Source: an uncultured Azospirillaceae bacterium (GTDB lineage: Bacteria > Pseudomonadota > Alphaproteobacteria > RF32 > CAG-239). Taken from it: a DNA stretch of 26,267 bases. Shown here in pieces: positions 8,992-17,715 of this stretch. Position 1 is the stretch's first letter, and the number at the start of each line of letters is the position of its first letter. A program made the position numbers and the translations under genes. The notes beneath the pieces were generated by a model. That model did no database searches. It saw nothing but the letters and a program-made list of their open reading frames with translations, and was not told the DNA's origin. The DNA lies in NCBI GenBank assembly GCA_964408115.1, contig CAYOYE010000001.1, positions 1 to 26,267 of the forward strand, given 5' to 3'.

Positions 8992-11421
8992 CTAGGCAAT
9001 ATTTAAATATTTTGTAATAAATCCGTCCTCTCCATACTCTTGGATTAGCTGTTGTACCAACAAAACATTTTTACGGCCGGAGTTGTAAATACGCAAATAT
9101 TTACCCAATCCGCCTAAATTTACGTCAAGAATCACCGATTCTCCGGTTACCGGACGCGATAACAAAATTGCATACGGAAAATCACGATAACTCTTACCGA
9201 AAATAAAATCCAACTCGCTTTGCGTTAAGTTCCAGTTGGCATAATCTTCTATCTGCGCCTGCGGGTTGCGGAAGAAAATCACCGTTTGACATTGACCGCG
9301 GATAACCTCGCCTACCCCTAATTTATCAATAATGTTCGGCTGTTGGAAAGCACATAGATAAGCCTGACGTTTTTTACGTCCCTCTTGCAAACCGATCATA
9401 AAATAATCTCTAAACATCGGGTGTTTTAACATTGGCGCCGTTTCATCAATCATAATCAAAGACGGCACACCGGTTTCGCCGGTTTCACTCTGAATACGGT
9501 GCATAATATAACTGATAACGGCAGGTGCCAGATTTTCATCTTCAAAAATATGCGTAAAGTCAAAGGCCATAAAGCGGCGGCTTTTCAAATCCAAACTATC
9601 GGTATCGCCGTTAAAAATTGCCCCATACTGGTCAGGATCTACCCAGCGGTGTATCTCGCGGCGCATTTTGCCGGTCGGAGAAAAACAACTGGTTTCCAAA
9701 TTACGCAACAAACGTTCATTAGGGCGCAAATAGTTAAACGCAGTTGTTACGGCACGCGCCACTTCGCTATCTGCCAGCGCATCATCTACCATTGTTATGG
9801 ATTTTAGCCAACGCCGTAAAAAGGCCCTGTTTTCTTTTGTATCATTACAATCAAACGGATTAAGCGACACGTTTTTTTCATCACCGTCAAACCCGATATA
9901 TGCGCCTTTTACCGCGCGGGTAAATATTTGCGCACCCAAGTGACGATCAAAGAAAAATACGCGCAAATCACCATGTCGCATAGCCTGACCTGCCAAAAAC
10001 GTCAGCAAAGTTGTTTTACCTTGTCCGGTCGGACCGATAATACAGCAGTGAGCCACCGCCGAATCTTCACTGGAAACGTGAAATTGAAAACGATATGCCG
10101 AACCTGACATAGTGCGGAATACCGAAATAGCACCATCGCCCCAGTCGCTTTTGCTAAAGCCCTCGGCAGGTCTGTCTAAAGTGATACCCATGGCAATTAC
10201 GCGTGACAAATAGCGATATGTCCGCGGATAAGTGTCGTAGGTTGGAAATTGTGTAAAGAACACAGCCTGATTTACCCAGCCTTCGCGGACCGGCGTAACA
10301 CCAAAGGCACGACAAATTCGTTGCACTTCGGATTCACCGAAACTTATCTCTTCCATATTGGCGCCTTTAAGGATTATGGTCATAGAATATTCACATAAAG
10401 ACTGGTAATTATTATCGCTATCATCAATAGCCGCCAACGCTTCCGAATATTGATCAACCACGCCGGCAGAAAAGCTGGTAATCATAGCCATACGCTGTTG
10501 CTGAACTAAAAGCATACGTCCTTCGGCGCGGAACAACGGACGGATATTGTGCAATATTACCATTTCGCAATCAATGGCATTTAGGGAGTAAATCATACTT
10601 TCGTCCATTGCGTCACCGCTCACGCGAATCCCCATAGCAATTTCATAAAGTTCTTTTTCGCCGGAAAAAAACTTAATAATGCCTTCTTCTTTTGTAAAGT
10701 GTATGTGGTCCGCAGTCAGCATTTCGCACAGCCTTGCGCCCTCGGTATTCCGAACTTTCGGTTCCGGTTTGGAAATCGGGCTGCATAAATGCGAAAATAA
10801 ATAAAACGGGCTGTCTATCGCTTTGCTTTCATCCGTTTCATACATTGGGCTGACTCCGTAGTCGCCTAAAGTAGAAATAAGGCTTTGAGAAGCATAGTTC
10901 AAATCTTTAATAGCATCTTTACGGTCAATAACCGACAAAACAATATAGTGCTGATTGCTATAAACGTGATTCATATTTTGAAACCATATCTCAGATATTT
11001 CTTCCAACAGCGGATTGTTAAAATCACGTTTTTCTTTTTCCAATGCCACCCTGTCACGCGTAGTAATCACCCGACAAATCACCTGCATATTGGATAAATC
11101 GTCAATAAAAGCCTTTCGGGCCTCCATCATGGAATATACCGCCTCGGCGGTTGCCGATGACAAATCCACGCCTTTAAGCCGGAATACGCGGGCATACGAG
11201 CTGTTACTACATTGAATTGTTACGCCGTCCGACATAAGTTTACTGAACGGTAAAAAGTCCGAAACACGAGATTCACGCGGCTGGGGTAATACCCAGTTAC
11301 CAAATCGGGAAGACAGTAATACGGCAAATGATGCCGCCGAAATAATACCAATCAAAGCAACGGCTATTTCAACGTTGCTTAATCCCTGAACGAATATACT
11401 GAAAAAATCATAATTATTCAT
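8992..11421 (-). CDS. virB4: VirB4 type IV secretion ATPase (809 aa)
   Basis: Walker A GPTGQGKTT, 'FFFDRHLGA', 'NPF', Walker B LIMIDE, 'QEGRKK', TVIFFRNP motifs; ATGA overlap with the virB3 stop. Confidence 0.95.
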   Translation of the reverse strand: MNNYDFFSIFVQGLSNVEIAVALIGIISAASFAVLLSSRFGNWVLPQPRESRVSDFLPFSKLMSDGVTIQCSNSSYARVFRLKGVDLSSATAEAVYSMMEARKAFIDDLSNMQVICRVITTRDRVALEKEKRDFNNPLLEEISEIWFQNMNHVYSNQHYIVLSVIDRKDAIKDLNYASQSLISTLGDYGVSPMYETDESKAIDSPFYLFSHLCSPISKPEPKVRNTEGARLCEMLTADHIHFTKEEGIIKFFSGEKELYEIAMGIRVSGDAMDESMIYSLNAIDCEMVILHNIRPLFRAEGRMLLVQQQRMAMITSFSAGVVDQYSEALAAIDDSDNNYQSLCEYSMTIILKGANMEEISFGESEVQRICRAFGVTPVREGWVNQAVFFTQFPTYDTYPRTYRYLSRVIAMGITLDRPAEGFSKSDWGDGAISVFRTMSGSAYRFQFHVSSEDSAVAHCCIIGPTGQGKTTLLTFLAGQAMRHGDLRVFFFDRHLGAQIFTRAVKGAYIGFDGDEKNVSLNPFDCNDTKENRAFLRRWLKSITMVDDALADSEVARAVTTAFNYLRPNERLLRNLETSCFSPTGKMRREIHRWVDPDQYGAIFNGDTDSLDLKSRRFMAFDFTHIFEDENLAPAVISYIMHRIQSETGETGVPSLIMIDETAPMLKHPMFRDYFMIGLQEGRKKRQAYLCAFQQPNIIDKLGVGEVIRGQCQTVIFFRNPQAQIEDYANWNLTQSELDFIFGKSYRDFPYAILLSRPVTGESVILDVNLGGLGKYLRIYNSGRKNVLLVQQLIQEYGEDGFITKYLNIA

Positions 11422-11705
11422 GGTTCAAACTTATTACCTCTGACGCTATATAAATTTTTGCTTCTCTTACTTGTTTGTCCGTATGCCTGCATCATTGTAG
11501 ACAGATGCGGTTCTTTTATGCCGGCATAAACCAGCCCCAGATGTGCAAGAATAATGGTTGTAACAAAGACCAGCGGGTTTAAATCGGCACTTAATCCCAT
11601 AAAAAGCACCGGAAACTGAACGCCCAAATTTATAACACAAGGAACCATCGGAGCCCACAAAACTTTGGGAGGTTGAGCAACTGCTTTTAATATATCTTCG
11701 CGCAT
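11418..11705 (-). CDS. virB3: VirB3-family protein (95 aa)
   Basis: 'KAVAQPPKVLWAP' start resembling the VirB3 TRPxxxxGVP motif, two hydrophobic segments, size, and position overlapping the virB4 start. Confidence 0.8.
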   Translation of the reverse strand: MREDILKAVAQPPKVLWAPMVPCVINLGVQFPVLFMGLSADLNPLVFVTTIILAHLGLVYAGIKEPHLSTMMQAYGQTSKRSKNLYSVRGNKFEP

Positions 11706-11706
11706 T

Positions 11707-12144
11707 TTACCTTCTCCGTTGTAATTTTTCTCTTAACGCCAGCACTATTGCTTTGTCCCGAACATTCTGCGGTGTCAACTCTCTAAACAAAGCGTATATT
11801 CCGCTATCCGGAAGTTTTTTCAGCTTTGTCGGTACGGCAACCCGTTTTTTGGTATCTTTCAAAATATCTTCCATTAGTTGCTGTGTTCTACCGGCTTCGC
11901 TATCTACCATTTTTTCTATTTCGCTCATATCCGGATTTGCACCAACCTTAGGATTACGGGCTACTAATTCATCAATTTTCTTTAGTTTTTTAATGGAAAG
12001 GCTACCGGTTGCATTCAGACGATACAGATTTGTGTTCTGCTCTCCGGCGGTAAATTCCGCCTCACCCTCCACCTTATCTTCAATATAAGAAAAAGCCGAT
12101 AGAGGGAATAAACAAATCAGCCCCAAAAACAACCAAAATTTCAT
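11707..12144 (-). CDS. Secreted hypothetical protein (145 aa)
   Basis: RBS GGGGTAGG, signal peptide MKFWLFLG...SAFS, stop 1 nt from the virB3 start. Confidence 0.7.
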   Translation of the reverse strand: MKFWLFLGLICLFPLSAFSYIEDKVEGEAEFTAGEQNTNLYRLNATGSLSIKKLKKIDELVARNPKVGANPDMSEIEKMVDSEAGRTQQLMEDILKDTKKRVAVPTKLKKLPDSGIYALFRELTPQNVRDKAIVLALREKLQRRR

Positions 12145-12157
12145 CTGCCTACCCCGT

Positions 12158-12538
12158 TTATTTTGATACCGTTACCGTAGACGGGTCAATTGATTCGTCG
12201 TTAAAGCTGGCGGAAGATGCCGCTACACCGCCTATCCAAGAAGTATCGCCGCCTTTTTGAAATGACGTTACAACATAGGTCATACAGGTAAGGGTAAAGC
12301 AGCTCAACATAATGTATGCCAGCGCTTTCCAAGAAATTTTGTTGAAAATTGCCGCCAGCGAAACCGCTACCAAACCAAAACCGGCAATCAGATATCCGGT
12401 TTGTCGCAAGCCACCGCCAACGGCGCCGGCTTGTGCTGCCAACGTTGCAAAGACATCGGCTTTAGCCGTTACCGGTAAAAACGTAATGACTAGGGCGATT
12501 TGTAACTCGGTCAAAAATTGAAATAACCTGTTCTTCAT
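12158..12538 (-). CDS. virB2: TrbC/VirB2-family pilin, copy 3 (126 aa)
   Basis: Long leader ending AKA, two hydrophobic helices separated by AIFNKISWKAL; RBS AAGGAGAGG. Confidence 0.75.
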   Translation of the reverse strand: MKNRLFQFLTELQIALVITFLPVTAKADVFATLAAQAGAVGGGLRQTGYLIAGFGLVAVSLAAIFNKISWKALAYIMLSCFTLTCMTYVVTSFQKGGDTSWIGGVAASSASFNDESIDPSTVTVSK

Positions 12539-12549
12539 TATTCCTCTCC

Positions 12550-12867
12550 TTAATCAAGACCTTCTATGCTGGCTCCGGTCAACTGTGTTGTTTCGGCGGC
12601 ATACGAAATCACAAAAATTCCCAGCATAATAGCCACCAGCCATTTCCAGTTAAAGTTACCGAACATTCCGCCGATACAAACACAGGCTATACCAATGGTA
12701 GACGCCGGATAAATTATAGAACGCAGGCCTTTGAAAATTGTTTTGCCGGCGTCATCAAGAGCCTCAAAAACAGCCCAAGCATCTGCCGTATATAAAAATA
12801 AAGACAGAAACAACACCAGCGTGTATTTATGGTTATTGAGAAATTTCTTTATTTTAATGTACGACAT
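12550..12867 (-). CDS. virB2: TrbC/VirB2-family pilin, copy 2 (105 aa)
   Basis: Leader ending AWA, two hydrophobic helices with loop GMFGNFNWKWL; RBS GGAG. Confidence 0.8.
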   Translation of the reverse strand: MSYIKIKKFLNNHKYTLVLFLSLFLYTADAWAVFEALDDAGKTIFKGLRSIIYPASTIGIACVCIGGMFGNFNWKWLVAIMLGIFVISYAAETTQLTGASIEGLD

Positions 12868-12896
12868 AATTTTTCTCCGTTATATTTTTTTGCAAC

Positions 12897-12918
12897 GGAG
12901 GGAGCTGCAGCTCCCTCC
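12897..12918. other. Perfect 22-bp palindrome GGAGGGAGCTGCAGCTCCCTCC; stable stem-loop between pilin 1 and pilin 2
   Basis: Equals its own reverse complement; starts 12 nt after the first pilin stop. No U-tract follows on the coding strand, so it is not a classic intrinsic terminator. Confidence 0.85.
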
Positions 12919-12930
12919 ACGTTAGGTAAA

Positions 12931-13305
12931 TTAGAAGCTACCATCATATCCCATGTTATAGCCGCTGTTGCCACCTAAGCTATCTTTAAAGTTAGTTCCT
13001 GTTGCATTCTCCGTATTAGCGGCATAGTTTACAACGGCACCGGCGGCGGCCACTAAAGCCAAACCGAAAGCCAAGGTTGCTAACCACGGCCATTTAATCT
13101 TACCGAAAATTGCCTGAAACGCCAAGGCCACCAAGCCGAAACCGCCGATAACGAATATAACCATTTTGGCATTTTTAAATAAATCAACCAATTTGGATGC
13201 TGCAACTCCGAATACGGTCGTAGCATAAGAATCACCCATCATTACCAGCGTAAACAAGAACACCATTGCGGTAATATTAAGGATATTATTTTTAAAGTAC
13301 TTCAT
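12931..13305 (-). CDS. virB2: TrbC/VirB2-family pilin, copy 1, likely the major pilin (124 aa)
   Basis: Strong RBS AGGAGG, leader ending SYA, two hydrophobic helices with loop AIFGKIKWPWL; first gene of the operon. Confidence 0.8.
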   Translation of the reverse strand: MKYFKNNILNITAMVFLFTLVMMGDSYATTVFGVAASKLVDLFKNAKMVIFVIGGFGLVALAFQAIFGKIKWPWLATLAFGLALVAAAGAVVNYAANTENATGTNFKDSLGGNSGYNMGYDGSF

Positions 13306-13397
13306 TTTATTTCCTCCTAGTATACTTTTCCATTACGTTTATATTTTAGCGCAATTTTTATTAAATTTCCAGCATTTTATTTTTTGCTAATACGTTG

Positions 13398-13403
13398 ATT
13401 ATA
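13398..13403 (-). promoter_or_regulatory. Candidate sigma70 -10 box (TATAAT) for the virB operon
   Basis: Exact TATAAT on the minus strand ~93 nt upstream of the first pilin ATG; the -35 position is poor (TTTATT at 17-nt spacing). Confidence 0.4.
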
Positions 13404-13578
13404 CTATATAAAAACGCTGTAATAAAAATTTCACACAGATACAAACGTACATCACGTTGTCAAGTGTAGCGTAAAATAGTAAACAAATTGATAATATTTG
13501 CCGCCGGCACAAAAAAATACAACTTATTTACGATAATTTTGTCTTTTATTGCTATTTTTGTTGAGTTTATTGCCGTCA

Positions 13579-13594
13579 TTAACGCTATTTTAAC
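13579..13594 (+). promoter_or_regulatory. Candidate CtrA binding site TTAA-N7-TTAAC
   Basis: TTAA CGCTATT TTAAC is an exact match to the alphaproteobacterial CtrA consensus, 85 nt upstream of the pil operon start. Confidence 0.5.
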
Positions 13595-13678
13595 AAAATT
13601 AATAGTATTCTAAACGGCAAAGACGGGATTATTGTGCCTTATCGGCAAGGATAGTCCTGCATTTACAAGGTGTTAGTG

Positions 13679-15265
13679 ATGCCAAAATTTGGTTTGAAAT
13701 GCTTTTTAGGAAGTTTTATTTGCTCCTTGGGGGCCGTATATGCGGCAACCGAGGTGTATTTAACGCTATCCGCAGAGCAGAAAAATCAGGTGGCGGTAAT
13801 TAGCGAAAACGAGCCGAAGGATATTGAGCTTTTTGCCGATAATGAGGAAAGTGACGCTATTTACGAAAAATTGCGTACGGTAAACACCCCAAAGACCGAT
13901 ACCGCCGTTAAGGTATCTGACAAAGGTATAAAACAGCCGGCGACAGCCAAGTCGGAAGCGCAGGAAACACTGCCGGTTAATATAGAAAAAACAGAAGAAA
14001 AAGTTGCCCTGCAAAGCGACATTCTTTATATGCCGGAAGATGATGATGACGATAGTCCGGCTGTCGTAAGCACAAAGCCTTATGATGTGGCAGATAACAA
14101 TACGCAAGACTCCGAAGCGGTGCAAACTGCCGATAATACCGACACTGTAGCTCCGGAAGACGAAGAATTGCAGATAGCAGACGCGGCAGAAGCTCCGGTT
14201 TATGTTATTCCGCTGATACATAACTATCAGGTAAATCCGACCAACGTGGCCGTTTCTTCACAATCGGAAAATAACCGAATTGCGATGGCCTCCCAAAATG
14301 TCAGCATAGATAATCTGGGAATAGAACAACCGCAAAATGATAAGGCGATAATAGACAGCCCTTGGGATACGGCAGAGACCGCTAACAAGCATATTACCAA
14401 AAATAGGCTGGATGATTTTAATAAAGAACATCAAAAAGACGTTGCCGCGTTAGATAAAAACGAACATAAGGAGGCACAATCCGATAAGGAAACGCAAGTT
14501 GCCTATAAGATGATGAGAAATCAGGTAATTCCGATTCCTGACGAAATAATGAATGACGAAAATCTGACGCCCCAGCTGGCATATTCGGAAGAAAATAAAA
14601 AAATTGAAAAAGCGTTGTTAAAAAAGAAACAGGAACAGGCAGAGCATAGTCCGGCGACTCAAAGCACAACTAATGCCAAAGCTATGACCATACCGAATAT
14701 CCGTAAAGAAAAAACCGCGGCGGAAAAACAACCTGCCAAAGAAACGACAAAGGCAAAGGCAAAGTCAAAGAGTTTATCCGACAGTATTGCCGCGTGGTTT
14801 TCCGGTTCGGATGATAAATCGGCAGATGAGGAAGTATCCGAAGAAATTGCCAAAAATACCGAGAGAAACAGCGGCACTTCGTCTTCTTTCAGAAAATTAC
14901 TCGGGATAAACGGGGGTAAAGACAGCAATATTGCTCCGACAGAGTTAAAACTGTTTTTCCAACCGAATCGTGCGGAAATTTCCGGTCAAACCTTGGAATG
15001 GCTGCACGCTTTCGCCGAAAATGTCATTAATAACGAAAATGTTATAATAGAAATTCGGATTGACGGTTCTACCGCCTATGAGTTACAAAAGAAAAGGTTA
15101 AACCTTTTATACACGATTTTGGCAAATAATAATGTAGATTATGATAAAATTAACATAATTTTTACCGATAGAGAGCCAAACTCATTTATTATTAGAAATG
15201 TTATATATGCAACCGAAGAAGAATTACTAAAAGCTACAAGAAAGGCAGATAACCCATGGTTTTAA
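13679..15265 (+). CDS. Exported protein with a long low-complexity region and a degenerate OmpA-like C-terminal domain (528 aa)
   Basis: ATG 13679 follows AAGGTG; signal peptide ending AVYA. The C-terminus 'LFFQPNRAEISGQTLEWLHAFAE...IEIRIDG...LQKKRLNLLYTIL...VDYDKI' follows the OmpA/MotB pattern without GHTD. Confidence 0.65.
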   Translation: MPKFGLKCFLGSFICSLGAVYAATEVYLTLSAEQKNQVAVISENEPKDIELFADNEESDAIYEKLRTVNTPKTDTAVKVSDKGIKQPATAKSEAQETLPVNIEKTEEKVALQSDILYMPEDDDDDSPAVVSTKPYDVADNNTQDSEAVQTADNTDTVAPEDEELQIADAAEAPVYVIPLIHNYQVNPTNVAVSSQSENNRIAMASQNVSIDNLGIEQPQNDKAIIDSPWDTAETANKHITKNRLDDFNKEHQKDVAALDKNEHKEAQSDKETQVAYKMMRNQVIPIPDEIMNDENLTPQLAYSEENKKIEKALLKKKQEQAEHSPATQSTTNAKAMTIPNIRKEKTAAEKQPAKETTKAKAKSKSLSDSIAAWFSGSDDKSADEEVSEEIAKNTERNSGTSSSFRKLLGINGGKDSNIAPTELKLFFQPNRAEISGQTLEWLHAFAENVINNENVIIEIRIDGSTAYELQKKRLNLLYTILANNNVDYDKINIIFTDREPNSFIIRNVIYATEEELLKATRKADNPWF

Positions 15266-15313
15266 ATTCTGACGCTTGCTATTTTGATTTTAACCTGTTA
15301 ATAGGAAAATACG

Positions 15314-16096
15314 ATGATAAAAAATTTTGAAAAAAACATCATACTGAATAAGGCCATCATAGCCGGTATACTGTGCAGTATCTTCGGGCTTTCTGCCTGT
15401 GTCAGCAACAGAAGCTATCTGGAAGAAGAATGCGAAAGCGGAATTTGTACAAGTAATCAGGAATATAAAGAAGATTGTACGGAAACTCCGGACGGCTACA
15501 GTATTTGCGAAGATTCTCCGGAATATGTAAATTATACAAAGACAGCCGCCGATTTCAGAAAATACGGTGAGAGAACGCCGCGTGATCGTCGTATTACACA
15601 GGCGCGGGCAGGTAATAATATTTCCGCGTCCGTACCGCCTAGCATTGATGACGAAGTACTTGATTATGAGGCCGAAGTATCCGGATCCGGACAGCGCAAT
15701 CTTGATTATATTCAGTCAACGGATGCTAACGGATATACCCAAAGACAACCGTATGCCGAAGAGCCGGTAATGTTAGAGGGACAAGAACAAAAAGAAGAAA
15801 AGCCTCAAGAAGCCGAAGAAGAAAATCAGAGCAAAGATTGGCTCGCCGAAGAAGGTCAGAGCTTAAAAGAACTTTTGACACAATGGAGTGACGAATCCGG
15901 TTGGCGCCTGATTTGGAAAACGAATCGTAACTATACCTTAAATGCCGGTGCAATGTTCAGAGGTAATTTCGCCGATGTGTCTTCGGCTCTGGTAAGAGCT
16001 TTTGCCCGCGCCAGACCGGCTCCGGTAGCTACATTTTATAAAGGTAACCGCGTCTTGGTAATTGAAACAATGGAGGACGAAAATGCGTATGACTAA
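15314..16096 (+). CDS. TcpQ-domain lipoprotein, PilL-like (260 aa)
   Basis: Lipobox LSAC; C-terminal 'WLAEEGQSLKELLTQWSDESGWRLIW...FRGNF...YKGNRVLVI' matches the TcpQ domain pattern. Confidence 0.85.
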   Translation: MIKNFEKNIILNKAIIAGILCSIFGLSACVSNRSYLEEECESGICTSNQEYKEDCTETPDGYSICEDSPEYVNYTKTAADFRKYGERTPRDRRITQARAGNNISASVPPSIDDEVLDYEAEVSGSGQRNLDYIQSTDANGYTQRQPYAEEPVMLEGQEQKEEKPQEAEEENQSKDWLAEEGQSLKELLTQWSDESGWRLIWKTNRNYTLNAGAMFRGNFADVSSALVRAFARARPAPVATFYKGNRVLVIETMEDENAYD

Positions 16097-17699
16097 TTTA
16101 TTAAAACTGACTGTTGTCGGAATATTCGGTGTAACCGTTGCATGCTCCGTTTCTCCGGAAATGGACGCAAATATGGCCCGACAAACCGAAAACGCCATTG
16201 ACCTAAAACAAAAAGCCGCCGTACCGGGGGACCCGATTCCGGATGACGTCGTACGGGTTAAAAACGATATATGGCTCGGCGATACCAGTACTATAGAGTT
16301 TGAAGGACAGCCTGTTCCGGCTTATCTGGAAACCAAAGACGGAATCACCTTAATCAGTAACCGCCCGATTACACTGTATGAAATCGGCAGTATGATTAAT
16401 AAGATTACGTCTATCTCCGTAAGATATGCGCCGGAATTGGAAGAAACCGCCATATCAAACGCCGATAATAACCAACCGGCTATGGAAGATTTGGGCGTCC
16501 AATGGACAGATTCTACCAAAATGATTGTGAACTATAAAGGTCCTATCAGCGGTTTATTGGATGAAGTTGCCAACCGTTTCGGTATTTGGTGGAAATATGA
16601 AAAGAATGAAATTTATTTCTATAAATATATTACCAAAACATTCGTTTTATATTCCTTACCGACAAACCCTAGCATGAGCGTTTCGGTCGGTGGTTCCGGC
16701 GGTTCAGCCAGCATATCGCAGAGCAGTTCCATCAGCGATATGGATATGTGGGGCAATATGGAAAGCTCTATCTCGTCTATGGTTACATCTGATTCCAATT
16801 TGGTTATGGATAAGGCTAACGGAACAATCACTTTGACTGCCACGCCAACCGACATACGGCGAGTTGCCAAATATATTAACGAACAAAATATGCGTGTTTC
16901 AAAGCAGGTTGCTATCAGCGTGAAAGTTATTCAGGTTAATATTACAAACGAAGACAGATATAGTCTTGATTTGGCTGCAACGTTCGGCGGACGCGGCTCT
17001 GTTAGAGATATTGCCGCAAACACTAACGGCGGAGAAATAGACGATGCTATCAGTAATCTGACTATGGGTATAAGCTCCAGTCGTTGGAGCGTGGACGCCG
17101 CTATGCAGGCTCTTTCGGAAGAAGGACAAACGAATCTGGTTACCAGCGGTACGGTTACGACTATGAACAATAAGCCTGCGCCTATTCAGGTGGTAAAAAC
17201 ACAAAACTATATTTCCGAAATTACCAAAACCAGCGACGGTGATTCCAGTAACTATGATATTTCCGTAGAAACGGATCAAATAGAAACAGGTTTTACCATG
17301 AGCGTGTTACCGCGTATTTTGGATCATGGGCGCGTTATGATGTTCTTTAACCTGACTTTGTCTGATTTGTTGTCTTTGGATGCCGTAAACATTACGTCAA
17401 GCGGCGATTCGGATAGTGAGGACGGTAGTTCTTCATCCGGCGAAAGTCAGTATATTCAAAATCCGGTAATTGAAACTCGCGGATTTACGCAAGAAGTTGC
17501 AATGAAATCAGGCGAAACTTTAATTTTAGCCGGTTATGAACGTGTTGAGAATACCTCCGATAAACAAGGGGTAGGTTCACCTGAGAATAATCTGTTGGGC
17601 GGATCTTCTTCGGCAACTAAAGATCGGACAATTTTGGTTATTATGTTAACACCGGTTGTTTTGGAATCTCCGTTATCACCGGAATCCAGAATGAACTAA
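16083..17699 (+). CDS. pilN: Type IVb pilus lipoprotein secretin, R64 PilN/BfpB family (538 aa)
   Basis: GGAGG 6 nt before ATG 16083; lipobox VTVAC; Ser/Gly-rich N-domain insert; secretin C-terminus 'VAMKSGETLILAGYE...ILVIMLTP'. Confidence 0.92.
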   Translation: MRMTNLLKLTVVGIFGVTVACSVSPEMDANMARQTENAIDLKQKAAVPGDPIPDDVVRVKNDIWLGDTSTIEFEGQPVPAYLETKDGITLISNRPITLYEIGSMINKITSISVRYAPELEETAISNADNNQPAMEDLGVQWTDSTKMIVNYKGPISGLLDEVANRFGIWWKYEKNEIYFYKYITKTFVLYSLPTNPSMSVSVGGSGGSASISQSSSISDMDMWGNMESSISSMVTSDSNLVMDKANGTITLTATPTDIRRVAKYINEQNMRVSKQVAISVKVIQVNITNEDRYSLDLAATFGGRGSVRDIAANTNGGEIDDAISNLTMGISSSRWSVDAAMQALSEEGQTNLVTSGTVTTMNNKPAPIQVVKTQNYISEITKTSDGDSSNYDISVETDQIETGFTMSVLPRILDHGRVMMFFNLTLSDLLSLDAVNITSSGDSDSEDGSSSSGESQYIQNPVIETRGFTQEVAMKSGETLILAGYERVENTSDKQGVGSPENNLLGGSSSATKDRTILVIMLTPVVLESPLSPESRMN

Positions 17700-17715
17700 T
17701 TTGAGGAGAACGGAA

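Noticed and set aside
11707-12144. VirB1 lytic transglycosylase or VirB7 identity
   Set aside because: No SLT catalytic ES/GLMQ motifs and no lipobox.
13398-13463. Perfect TTGACA (13458-13463) and TATAAT (13398-13403) on the minus strand as one promoter
   Set aside because: They are 54 nt apart; the TTGACA has only a poor -10 (TATCTG) at normal spacing.
13545-13573. TTTATTGC direct repeat spaced 21 bp in the divergent promoter region
   Set aside because: Could be a regulator site but is only 8 bp in very AT-rich DNA; not distinguishable from chance without comparative data.
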